A DNA stretch of 64,000 nt from Macrostomum lignano (taxonomy: Eukaryota): positions 1-64,000 of the forward strand of contig NIVC01002529.1 in NCBI GenBank assembly GCA_002269645.1. The letters are read 5' to 3'. The notes under the pieces are model-generated. The model did no database searches and was not told where the DNA came from. It worked only from the letters and a program-made list of their open reading frames with translations. Below are positions 33,791 through 55,423 of the stretch, in pieces. Both the position numbers and the translations under genes were made by a program. Position 1 is the first letter of the stretch; each line of letters starts with the position of its first letter.

Positions 33791-35116
33791 ATGAATCAGC
33801 TGCTGGGACCGGATATCGCTGCGCTAAAGAGTGAATTGTCGCTTTTCGATTCGACGCCTGTTCAGTTTAGTGTGGTGGATAGTCGTTACACCACAATACA
33901 ACCGCAACATGGCATCGGTCAGGGTTCGCCAATAGAGTTTGAAATAGTGCCTGCAGGTGATTTGTATATTGACCTGCGTGAGACGGTCTTGAGTGTCAAG
34001 TTTCGGGTGAGTGATGCTGACGGAGCGGCTATTGATGCGGCGAAGAACAACGTGTGCCTCAACAATTTGGCGATTGCGAGTCTTTTCGAGGATGTGCAAT
34101 TCAATATTGGGGACACTGTGGTGGAAGGTGGAACTTTTATGTATCCGTACAAGGCAATGCTATTGACTCTGCTGGAGTATGGAAGTGTTGCACAGAAGAC
34201 TGCTTTGGCTCCTTGGGGTTTTTACAAGGACACTGCTGGACAAATGGATGGTACTACGGGAAATAGTGGACGGGTGAAGCGGAAGGCTCTGATTGCGGAC
34301 AATAAACAGTGCACTGTGTCTGGACCTCTGTTCCTCGATTTGTTTCGGCAGCCGCGGTATATGCTCTCAAAAACTCCACTACGACTCAAGTTCCTACCAG
34401 CGAAAAGTAAGTTCGTTCTGAGTGGTTCGGCAATCGGAACAGGTGTTGATTTGAAGGACTATACTATATCTATCCTTCAAGCGGAGTTGCGTGTTCGTTT
34501 TGTGGAACCGTCCCCCAGTGTACTTGGAGCGCATGCGCATGGTTTGAAAAGCCACAATGCTTTATATCCACACCGTAGCTTGAGTCTTGGCACGTTTACT
34601 ATTCCGCGCGGATCGTCCAGTCATACGCACGAGAATTTGTTCCCGAGTGGTGTGCCGAGGTTGCTTCTGGTAGCCTTTGTGAACAACAAGGCTTTCAACG
34701 GAAGTATGGATACAAATCCGTTTAATTTCGAACATGCAAATCTCAACAGCATTGGTGTGTTTGTCAACGGGGAGTCCGTCCCTTCGCGGCCTCTGCAGAC
34801 GAATTTTGGTGCAGGTGGTTGTGTGACAGAATATACCTATCTGGTGCAGCAGTTGGGGTTGTATCTGCAAGGACGCGACGTTGGCTTTACAATGGAGGAC
34901 TATGGCAGTGGGTACTCGATTTTCGCGTTTGCGTTGGGGAGCGAGCCTGGTGTTGGGCATGGTGCTCAGCTCTATAAGGAAGGCAATGTAAAGTTGGAGT
35001 TGCGCTTCGCTCAAGCAACAAGCGTTGTCTACAATGTAATATTCGGTGGTCTATTTGACAAGCAGCTGCAGATCACGGAGCTTCGCGACGTCGTGCCGGG
35101 AACAGCATGGAAGTGA
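33791..35116 (+). CDS. Major capsid protein (double jelly-roll), 441 aa
   Basis: KSELSLF..P.Q...Y..I.P......PIEF.I.....YIDL..T.L N-terminus; P.LLLVAFV.N.AFNGS...NPFNF in the second half. Confidence 0.92.
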   Translation: MNQLLGPDIAALKSELSLFDSTPVQFSVVDSRYTTIQPQHGIGQGSPIEFEIVPAGDLYIDLRETVLSVKFRVSDADGAAIDAAKNNVCLNNLAIASLFEDVQFNIGDTVVEGGTFMYPYKAMLLTLLEYGSVAQKTALAPWGFYKDTAGQMDGTTGNSGRVKRKALIADNKQCTVSGPLFLDLFRQPRYMLSKTPLRLKFLPAKSKFVLSGSAIGTGVDLKDYTISILQAELRVRFVEPSPSVLGAHAHGLKSHNALYPHRSLSLGTFTIPRGSSSHTHENLFPSGVPRLLLVAFVNNKAFNGSMDTNPFNFEHANLNSIGVFVNGESVPSRPLQTNFGAGGCVTEYTYLVQQLGLYLQGRDVGFTMEDYGSGYSIFAFALGSEPGVGHGAQLYKEGNVKLELRFAQATSVVYNVIFGGLFDKQLQITELRDVVPGTAWK

Positions 35117-35670
35117 ATCTGAACGTGTTGCAGGGTGTTAGTGACAGATTCTTGCGGTCGACTATTACCAAACTCTGCATGGGATTGTTTGGTGTTGTCT
35201 TTTTGGGTGTGTATCCTCAGGACTCGATTAGAACTCTTGGACAATTACCTTTAGATGGTAAAGACTATTTCTTTGTGGCGAATACTGACACTTCGAATCT
35301 TCCTGGTAGGCATTGGGTTGCAGTTTGGGTGGGTAGCAGGCGGGTTAGGGGGCGCCGTGGACGAAGAGTCGGGGAATATTTTGATTCGCTTGGTTTAAAT
35401 CCGCCGGAAAATATTAGACGGTGGTTGGGGCGAGAATGTGGGGATTTTCAAAATTGGTCCTACAGCCGATTTGCTATTCAGGATCCTCGGACTGGTCATT
35501 GTGGTATTTGGGTGTTGTTTTATTTGTATTTCAAACTGACTCGTGGTGGTAGCCTTCGATTCTTTTTAACGCGTATTCTTGGTTGTGGGTCTCGTCGAAG
35601 GAATGAATTTCGGCGCGCGTATTTTTGCCTACGACGCTTTGCAGCACATGTGTTGCCTCTGTTCTTGTAG
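35107..35670 (+). CDS. Adenain-like (Ulp1 clan) cysteine maturation protease
   Basis: FLGVYP.D, ANTD....PGRHWVA (His), EYFDSLG (Asp), IQ......CG (Gln/Cys). Confidence 0.93.
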   Translation: MEVNLNVLQGVSDRFLRSTITKLCMGLFGVVFLGVYPQDSIRTLGQLPLDGKDYFFVANTDTSNLPGRHWVAVWVGSRRVRGRRGRRVGEYFDSLGLNPPENIRRWLGRECGDFQNWSYSRFAIQDPRTGHCGIWVLFYLYFKLTRGGSLRFFLTRILGCGSRRRNEFRRAYFCLRRFAAHVLPLFL

Positions 35671-35772
35671 TGCAGAAATATACCGAAAGTGCGTTTTTGG
35701 ACAAGTTGGTTGGTTGATTGATCGAAATTGAGATCTTTTCTTCTTTTGAGTCCTTTGTGGGTACCGTGCAGT

Positions 35773-35936
35773 GTAGTTGAAATTCCTGTAGAATACCCTA
35801 CTTTTTGGTTCGGTACCTTACTACTTGATTTTTAATAGAAAAATAGGGTATGTGCGTAATAAAATTTCTGACGGGTACCTTATTACGTGTTTTGCAATTG
35901 AAAAATGGGGTATGGACGTAATTTTCTATTACTACT
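35773..35936 (-). repeat. Right terminal inverted repeat (164 bp)
   Basis: Exact reverse complement of 17164-17327. Confidence 0.95.
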
Positions 35937-36106
35937 CAGGTCGAGTCTAAAATGCATTTTATCATGTAATATCAGAGCTGCCGCTAAAAGGTCGCTCACT
36001 GCATGCAGGACAACTATGAATGCTTGTTAATTGGCTTGTTGAAACTTCACATAGTTTTAAGCGTTTAAGTAAAACACCTGCAACAGAAATAGTCGAGTAA
36101 AGAAAC

Positions 36107-39100
36107 ATGCAGACACTGTGGCAGCCATTTCTACCGCCAACTGCGCCGCCCCAGCCGGCCACTCCGAGTTCGAATGTCGCCCTCGAGTTCGGGGAGAATC
36201 CGCAGGCTCGACTGGCTGAAGCCGAGCTGTGGCGCAAGTTCCACCGGCTGGGAACGGAGATGGTCGTGACTCGGGCCGGACGGTGAGACTGGGGTGTGGG
36301 ATCTATTGCAGACTGGGTGTGGGATCTATTGCAGACTGGGTGTGGGATCTATTGCAGACTGGGTGTGGGATCTATTGCAGATTGGGTGTGGGATCTATTG
36401 CAGACTGGGTGTGGGATCTATTGCAGACTGGGTGTGGGATCTATTGCAGACTGGAGTGTGTGATCTATTGCAGACTGGGGTGTGGGATCTATTGCAGACT
36501 GGAGTGTGTGATCTATTGCAGACTGGGGTGTGGGGATCTATTGTATGCTGGGTGTGGGATCTAGTTTATACTGGGGGGTAGGCTCTATTGAGAGTGAAGT
36601 GTGGGATCTATTGCAGACTGGGTGTGGGATCTATTGGAGGCTGGGTGTGGGGATCTTGCAGACTGGGTGTGGGATCTATTGAGACTGGGGTGTGGGATCT
36701 ATTGGAGACTGGGTTGTGGGATCTATTGCAGACTGGGGTGTGGGGATCTATTGTATGCTGGGTGTGGGATCTAGTTTATACTGGGGGGTAGGCTCTATTG
36801 AGAGTGAAGTGTGGGATCTATTGCAGACTGGGTGTGGGATCTATTGGATACTGGGGTATGGGATCTATTGGATACTGGGGTATGGGATCTATTGGAGACT
36901 GGAGTGTGGTATCTCTAATCGATAATAGAGTGGAATCTATAGCTAATCCAGTGGGATGTATTGAAACTTACTTCAATTCTACTGCCCCAAATTGCATTTC
37001 CCACCGGCCCCTGCCAGCCGGATGTTCCCGGCATTCAAGGTGTCCCTGACGCACCTGGAGCCGGACGCCAGCTACTCGGTGCTGCTCGAGGCGGCCGTCC
37101 AAGGCGACGCTGCTCGGCACCGATTCGTCGACGGCGTCTGGACGGTATCGCCGACAACGTTGAAAAAGGCGTCGCCGAGCCGCCGACCCCGTCCAGTTCG
37201 AGCGCACCCGGACAGCCCGGCTCCTGGCCTGCACTGGATGGCCAGGCCCGTGTCCTTCCACCGGCTGAAGCTGACTAATAGCGAGGAGCAGGCCGACAGG
37301 CTGGGTCACGTGAGAGACCATTGGGGGTCGCGTGATATGGGAACTGATCACGTGATTATGAAATGGCCAATAATTGGTCAATCAAGTAGAAAATGTCACG
37401 TGATGTGGATATGAATTATTCTCGTTTACCTAAGTTAGCGCCAACCATAGCCTCAACCATAGCCCCAACCATAGCCCCAACCATAGCCCCAACCATAGCC
37501 CCAACCATAGCCTCAACCATAGTCTCAGCCATAGCCCCAACCATAGCCTCAACCGTAGCCCCAACCATAGCCCCAACCATAGCCCCAACCATAGCCCCAA
37601 CCATAGCCCCAACCATAGCCCCAACCATAGCCCCAACCATACCAACCATAGCCCCAACCATAGTCTCAGCCATAGCCCCAACCATAGCCCCAACCATAGC
37701 CTCAACCGTAGCCCCAACCATAGCCCCAACCATAGCCCCAACCATAGCCCCAACCATACCAACCATAGCCCCAACCATACCAACCATAGCCCCAACCATA
37801 GCCCCAACCATAGCCCCAACCATACCAACCATAGCCCCAACCATAGCCCCAACCATAGCCCCAACCATAGCCCCAACCATAGCCCCAACCATAGCCCCAA
37901 CCATAGCCCCAACCATAGCCCCAACCATAGCCCCAACCATAGCCCCAACCATAGCCCCAACCATAGCCCCAACCATAGCCCCAACCATAGCCCCAACCAT
38001 AGCCCCAACCCCAACCCTGGCCGCTCAGCTGGCCCTGCCCAGCATGCGCCGGTATTGCCTGAAGCTTCACCTGGTCCGACTGGACAATCGGGGAGCGCCA
38101 GAGCCTCTCGGCTGGCACAGCTTCACGTTCAAGGAGACCGAGTTCATTGCCGTCACAGCCTATCAGAACGAGAAGGTTAGTGAGCATGCTCTGCGTGATG
38201 TGGCAGATGCGGACAGATTCTGTGCAAGTTTGCCCGATTTCACTTCCAGCCATTTGTCTGCCACAAATTGGACTCCGACACTAACTTTAACCGACTGAGC
38301 AGTCGGTTGGTTGGCACTCAAATAGTGGCACTAAAATACTGGCACTGAAATAGTGGCACTAAAATAGTGGTACTGAAATACTGGCACTAAAATACTGACA
38401 CTGAAATACTAGCACTGAAATACTGGCACTGAAATACTGGCACTGAAATAGTGGCACTGAAATAGTGGCACTGAAATATTGGAACTGAAATACTGGCACT
38501 GAAATACTGGCACTGAAATAGTGGCACTGAAATACTGGCACTGAAATACTGGCACTGAAATAGTGGCACTGAAATACTGGAACTGAAAAACTGGCACTGA
38601 AATACTGGCACTGAAATACTGGCACTGAAATACTGGCACTGAAATACTGGCACTGAAATAGTGGCACTGAAATACTGGCACTGAAATACTGGCACTGAAA
38701 TACTGGCACTGAAATAGTGGCACTGAAATACTGGCACTGAAATACTAGCACTGAGATAGTGGCACTGAAATACTGGCACTGAAATACTAGCACTGAGATA
38801 GTGGCGATGAAATACTGGCACTGAAATAGTGGCACTGAAATACTGGAACTGAAAAACTGGCACTGAAATACTGGCACTGAAATACTGGCACTGAAATACT
38901 GGCACTGAAATACTGGCACTGAAATACTAGCACTGAAATAGTAGCACTGAAATACTGGCACTGAAATACTGGCACTGAAATAGTGGCACTGAAATACTGG
39001 CACTGAAATACTAGCACTGAGATAGTGGCACTGAAATACTGGCACTGAAATACTAGCACTGAGATAGTGGCACTGAAATACTGGCACTGAAATACTAGCA

Positions 39101-40171
39101 CTGAAATACTGGCACTGAAATACTGGCACTGAAATACTAGCACTGAAATAGTGGCACTGAAATACTGGCACTCAAATAGTGGCACTGAAATACTGGCACT
39201 GAAATACTGGCACTGAGATAGTGGCACTGAAATACTGGCACTGAAATAGTGGCACTGAAATACTGGCACTGAGATACTGGCACTGAAATAGTGGCACTGA
39301 AATACTGGCACTGAAATACTGGCACTGAAATAGTGGCACTGAAATACTGGCACTGAAATACTGGCACTGAGATAGTGGCACTGAAATACTAGCACTGAAA
39401 TAGTGGCACTGAAATACTGGCACTGAAATACTGGCACTGAGATAGTGGCACTGAAATAGTGGCACTGAAATACTGGCACTGAAATACTGGCACTGAGATA
39501 GTGGCGCTGAAATAGTGGCACTGAAATAGTGGCACTGAAATACTGGCACTGAAATACTGGCACTGAAATACTGGCACTGAAATACTGGCACTGAGATAGT
39601 GGCACTGAAATACTGGCACTGAAATACTGGCACTGAAATACTGGCACTGAGATAGTGGCACTGAAAGTGGCACTGAAATACTGGCACTGAGATAGTGGCA
39701 CTGAAATAGTGGCACTGAAATAGTGGCACTGAAATAGTGGCACTGAAATAGTGGCACTGAAATAGTTCCATCCTCCGCCGCTTCCTACCCACAGATCACC
39801 CGATTAAAGATCGATCACAATCCCTTCGCAAGGGGATTCCGCAGCGATCCAACAACATCAGGCTCAGGGTAAGAATTATTAATATCGTCTCATTAAAGGT
39901 TACTTGAATTTTCTTCAAGATGCAAATTGATTTAGGTTAATTTTAAGAACTTCAATCATTTTTTCGTGAAACTCGATTTTCCCAGGCAAAGACTTTTTGC
40001 ATTTTTAGGTCCTCAATCTGAAGAAATGCTTGGCTGTTTTGTAACAACTCTTTCAGAGAGAATAATGCAGAGCGTGCCAGCAGCGAGAGCCGCATGGTTG
40101 CCAGGCAAAAATTCGAACTCTCGGGAAGGTCGGCCGGGTTCACCATCGATCAGCTGCTGCGATCTGGCTGA
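36107..40171 (+). CDS. Host T-box transcription factor, ~267 aa; exons 36107-36282, 37018-37309, 38029-38175, 39795-39868, 40057-40171
   Basis: Spliced product reads LWRKFHRLGTEMVVTRAGR|RMFP...HPDSP..G.HWM..PVSF..LKLTN...|..SMRRY...FKETEFIAVTAYQNEK|ITRLKIDHNPFARGFR; all junctions GT-AG and phase-compatible; last exon (less certain) ends FTIDQLLRSG*. Subfamily not assignable. Confidence 0.9.
36287..36905. repeat. T-box intron 1 minisatellite, ~23-bp unit (GACTGGGTGTGGGATCTATTGCA)
   Basis: Directly visible. Confidence 0.92.
37440..38015. repeat. T-box intron 2 minisatellite, 12-bp unit (CCAACCATAGCC)
   Basis: Directly visible. Confidence 0.95.
38315..39765. repeat. T-box intron 3 minisatellite, 14-bp unit (GCACTGAAATACTG / GCACTGAAATAGTG)
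   Basis: Directly visible. Confidence 0.95.
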
Positions 40172-40735
40172 CCCAGTTGAACTCACTACTAGCATTGTTT
40201 GAACACTGATGACACCAAAACATTTTTTATAACCCCGAAACCTCACCGATGCGACTGTGACCTGTCAAGTGTTGAACCCTCATTCACGCCATGTGGTCTC
40301 ACAGAAAATGCTTTTCCAAATTGGCTTGCCGGCCAAAGCACTGATAAAACGCGCCACAACGCCCACCCGCCTTAACAAGTAGAGATAATTTTATTATCTT
40401 GGAATGCAACAAACTTAATAGAAATTATTCCAATATCGAAGGCTTCTGAATGTGTATGCATGAAGGATCGGGGGTGCATTGGCGGCCAATCTCAAAGGTG
40501 AATGATTGAGTGTCCTAGTCTTATTTATCTTTGTTGCTATTTTCACACTCTTTAAAACTGGCCTCGGGAGTGTCAAATGTGTGGTTGAGGCTAAGCCACT
40601 CTTATCGCCACCTCTTATAAAGCGAACAGGCTTTTTAAATTTAACTTTGCCAATTAAATATTAGATTATAAATGCTAGTAGCTGTGCGCAACTCTATAGT
40701 GATTGTTTATACTCTGGAAAGGGGAAGCTCTCACC

Positions 40736-41603
40736 TAGCATGAGCTGCAGTGTTCTCAGTGACCCGGCAAGGGGTAGCTCATCTCTCTTCATAGCATGAG
40801 CTGCAGTGTTCTCAGTGACCCGGCAAGGGGTAGCTCATCTCTCTTCATAGCATGAGCTGCAGTGTTCTCAGTGACCCGGCAAGGGGTAGCTCATCTCTCT
40901 TCATAGCATGAGCTGCAGTGTTCTCAGTGACCCGGCAAGGGGTAGCTCATCTCTCTTCATAGCATGAGCTGCAGTGTTCTCAGTGACCTGGCAAGGGGTA
41001 GCTCATCTCTCTTCATAGCATGAGCTGCAGTGTTCTCAGTGACCTGGCAAGGGGTAGCTCATCTCTCTTCATAGCATGAGCTGCAGTGTTCTCAGTGACC
41101 TGGCAAGGGGTAGCTCATCTCTCTTCATAGCATGAGCTGCAGTGTTCTCAGTGACCTGGCAAGGGGTAGCTCATCTCTCTTCATAGCATGAGCTGCAGTG
41201 TTCTCAGTGACCTGGCAAGGGGTAGCTCATCTCTCTTCATAGCATGAGCTGCAGTGTTCTCAGTGACCCGGCAAGGGGTAGCTCATCTCTCTTCATAGCA
41301 TGAGCTGCAGTGTTCTCAGTGACCCGGCAAGGGGTAGCTCATCTCTCTTCATAGCATGAGCTGCAGTGTTCTCAGTGACCCGGCAAGGGGTAGCTCATCT
41401 CTCTTCATAGCATGAGCTGCAGTGTTCTCAGTGACCCGGCAAGGGGTAGCTCATCTCTCTGCATAGCATGAGCTGCAGTGTTCTCAGTGACCCGGCAAGG
41501 GGTAGCTCATCTCTCTTCATAGCATGAGCTGCAGTGTTCTCAGTGACCCGGCAAGGGGTAGCTCATCTCTCTTCATAGCATGAGCTGCAGTGTTCTCAGT
41601 GAC
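40736..41603. repeat. Tandem repeat, 56-bp unit, ~15.5 nearly identical copies
   Basis: AGCATGAGCTGCAGTGTTCTCAGTGACC(C/T)GGCAAGGGGTAGCTCATCTCTCTTCAT repeated without spacers. Confidence 0.96.
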
Positions 41604-41998
41604 TATATGCAAATAAACTTATTTTAATTCTTCTATTTCAACACTAAGACAGAGTTATGAAACGTAAGAATTAGTTTTAAATTTTGCCATCGTGGAGAAG
41701 TTTATTGAGTACTTTTGGGGGGGGGCTTGATGTAGTACCGTTGTGTCGGTCCGGAGAAATTGGATTGGTACATCTAGGAAAGTGGAAAAATTAGTTTCGA
41801 AAATGGAGAAATCAGACTCAGAATTTAAATTATCTTATTAAATTTACGTCAACTAAAAATTATTACAAAAAATAGAATCCGAAACTGAACAGACAATAAA
41901 TTCCTAGTAAAAAATAAGTGGAGTTGCACAGAGTCTTCTGGAGAAGGCCAATGACTGGGATAGTACCACGATGAAACTGTAGTCACCATATTAAAAAT

Positions 41999-43894
41999 CT
42001 CTCCTAATACTAAAACCGACGCGATGTTTGTCTGTCTGTATGTCTGTCTGTCTGTATGTAGCAAGTGAACTCCTACAATTCTGCCAAGTCAACGTCGAAA
42101 CTTATATGGGAAAACTGCAAATTTTCCGGAGCAGGCTTTAGGCTATTTTAATTTTTAATTTTCACATTTTAACATCCCTAAAAAAGCAGAAAACTGCTTT
42201 TTTAACCCCCAATAACCTTCTTTGGTCACTCTGCCTGGGGCTTCAGCCAGTTTGTAAAAATAGCCACCCCAACCTCCGCCCGCGGGCCGCTGTGTATTGA
42301 GGGGTGGTGGGTGCGCGTGTTCTGCGTTCAATGCAAATAAAACCCCCGCGTGTTGGGGGGGTCGAGTTAAATTTAATGCTTCCCCCAGAACGGGGGTTGG
42401 GCTTGGGCTGAGTGTACATAGCAGTTGTACAGTGTAAATAGATAGACTGTGTCGAAATTCATTTGGTTTTATTATCGGCGCCTTTTTTCTCCATAGGCAG
42501 CCAGCCCTGTGTATTAGCTTGGCAGTGAAATTCAATTCAATGAATTGCGACTGCGAGCTTCTCTAGCAAGCAGTCGGGAAATCGGTAAATTTCAAACGCT
42601 AACTGTTCCTCGAGTTTTAAACTTTGAGAGGAGAGACTTATATTGCTGGAAAGATCTTGCAACGCTGAGTTTGGGGATATAAGTTGTTTGCTTTATATAT
42701 GAAAAGAAAAAGCACAGCATTTGAAAAACTATTTTCATACTTTTAACTTTCTGCAAAGATTGTACTTAGTTTTGCGAGACGTAATAGATAAAGTTGGGGG
42801 AGGGTTCAACTTCTCACTGCTGCTGTGTATTGGAGGGTTGATTTAGATTGCGCAACTGTTTATTTAACTTTAAATAAGACTGATACTGTCTGACTGAGAA
42901 ATGGTTTGCGCAATTAATTGATTCAATTAATTCAACACGCAGCTCTGTGCAGCTCGAACCCTAACCCTAACCAATGAATTCTGAAAGTTAAGTTCTTTTT
43001 GACAGAGAAAATTTCGATTGAGTCCAGTTTCACGGAGTATTCTGATGGTTTTCGGTTTCACGGAGAGGATTTATTTTTCGTGGAGAGAATTTAGATGTAT
43101 TTCTGTTTTACGGAGACGATTTTGATGGATGTCAGTTTCACTCAGAGGATTTCCATGGAGCCCAGTTTCACGGAGAGGATTTCTGTTTCGCGGAGAGGAT
43201 TTCTGTTTCGCGGAGAGGATTTCTGTTTCACGGAGGGATTTTGATGGATTTGGTATCTTCAGTCAGTCAGTAAAGAGAGTAAAGAGAAGAGTGAAAAGAG
43301 AAGAGAGAAGAGATTATAGAAAAGAGAGTAGAGATGAGAGAGGACAGATTAGACATGACAGATGGGAGAGAAGAGGGAGTAAGGCGGGAACGAAGAGGGA
43401 GAGAGAAGAAAAGAGGAGAGAGGAGATGAGAGGGAATATATGAGATAGCAGAGGGAGACAGGAGAGATGAGAGGAGAGAGAAGAGAGGAGCTGAGAGTAG
43501 AGGAGAAAGAAATAGTGAGATGAGGCATGAGGGATGAGAGATGAGAGAGGAGAGAAGAGAGGAGAGAGGAGAGAGGAGAAAACAGGGGATAAAGGAGACA
43601 GAAGAGAAAGACGAAAGACGAGGGAGAAGAGATAAATAAGGTGGTAGAGATGAGAGACGTGAGAGGAGAGAAAAGAGAAGAGAGGAGACAGAAGAATCTG
43701 AGTCTGGACAATGGCAGTCAGTTTTTGCGAACAGGGAAAACAAGATATGGTATTTGAAAGGCTTTACAGAGGATTTGGAGATGATTTGGAAGATGGGATT
43801 CAAGTCATGGAATTTCAGCTGATGGATTTCAGGGAATGGAATTCCGGTGATGGGAGTTCTTCCCCTTTCTCCTCCAGAGGAGGAGTTGGCCTCG
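41999..43894 (+). mobile_element. Non-autonomous Helitron-like element, family B
   Basis: 5' TC..CTAATACTAAAAC plus (GTCT)n microsatellite; 3' hairpin CTCCTCC-aga-GGAGGAG then CTCG|T; inverted relative of 58716-60950. Confidence 0.65.
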
Positions 43895-55006
<11,112 letters not shown>

Positions 55007-55423
55007 TCAATAATATAAAAAGCGTATTAAATTTCGGCGGGTGAGTAAGATGAGAAAAAAGCAACTAACAAGCTGAGATATGGTTGAATTAACATAACAA
55101 AGTGAGGCCATTTTCTGATAAGAATAAAGCATTCAAACAACCATTGGAGACAGTCGAAAGCGGAGAATTAATATAATTTTTAGAGAAATCATTTGTAAGA
55201 GATTCAATTTAGACTACTGAGAAAAGTAGACGAATAATAATTTGAATCGTTAATCTCTCAAATAGCCTGAAAAATGTCGCCAAAAAACTAATGGCTTTAT
55301 GACTGACGAAGGCAAACAAATCAGAAACCGGGTCTGCTTGCGACCTCCAATTTTAGTGTATCACATAGTTCTTGAATTGCATCAGGCTTTTCAGAACATT
55401 AAAAACATCAGCTCTATATTTTA

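Larger units (their letters stand above)
17164..35936 (+). mobile_element. Complete Polinton/Maverick (adintovirus-like endogenous virus), 18,773 bp
   Basis: AGTAGT...ACTACT termini, 164-bp perfect TIRs, 6-bp TSD CAGGTC (17158-17163 and 35937-35942), full core gene set. Confidence 0.98.

Noticed and set aside
23609-35014. Antisense ORFs within Polinton genes (e.g. 23609-24058, 28002-28505, 33357-33758, 34562-35014)
   Set aside because: They are shadows of well-supported plus-strand genes and show no independent motifs.
37393-39792. PTIA-, MVGA-, GWGY- and FQCQYFSA-repeat ORFs
   Set aside because: They come from intronic 12- and 14-bp minisatellites; only 38029-38175 is a real T-box exon.
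36107-40171. T-box gene as Polinton cargo
   Set aside because: It lies outside the right TIR and TSD, so it is a host gene.
40736-41603. Regular 56-bp array (and the 32-bp array at 63583-63897) as CRISPR
   Set aside because: Units are contiguous and near-identical with no unique spacers, there are no cas genes, and the context is eukaryotic.
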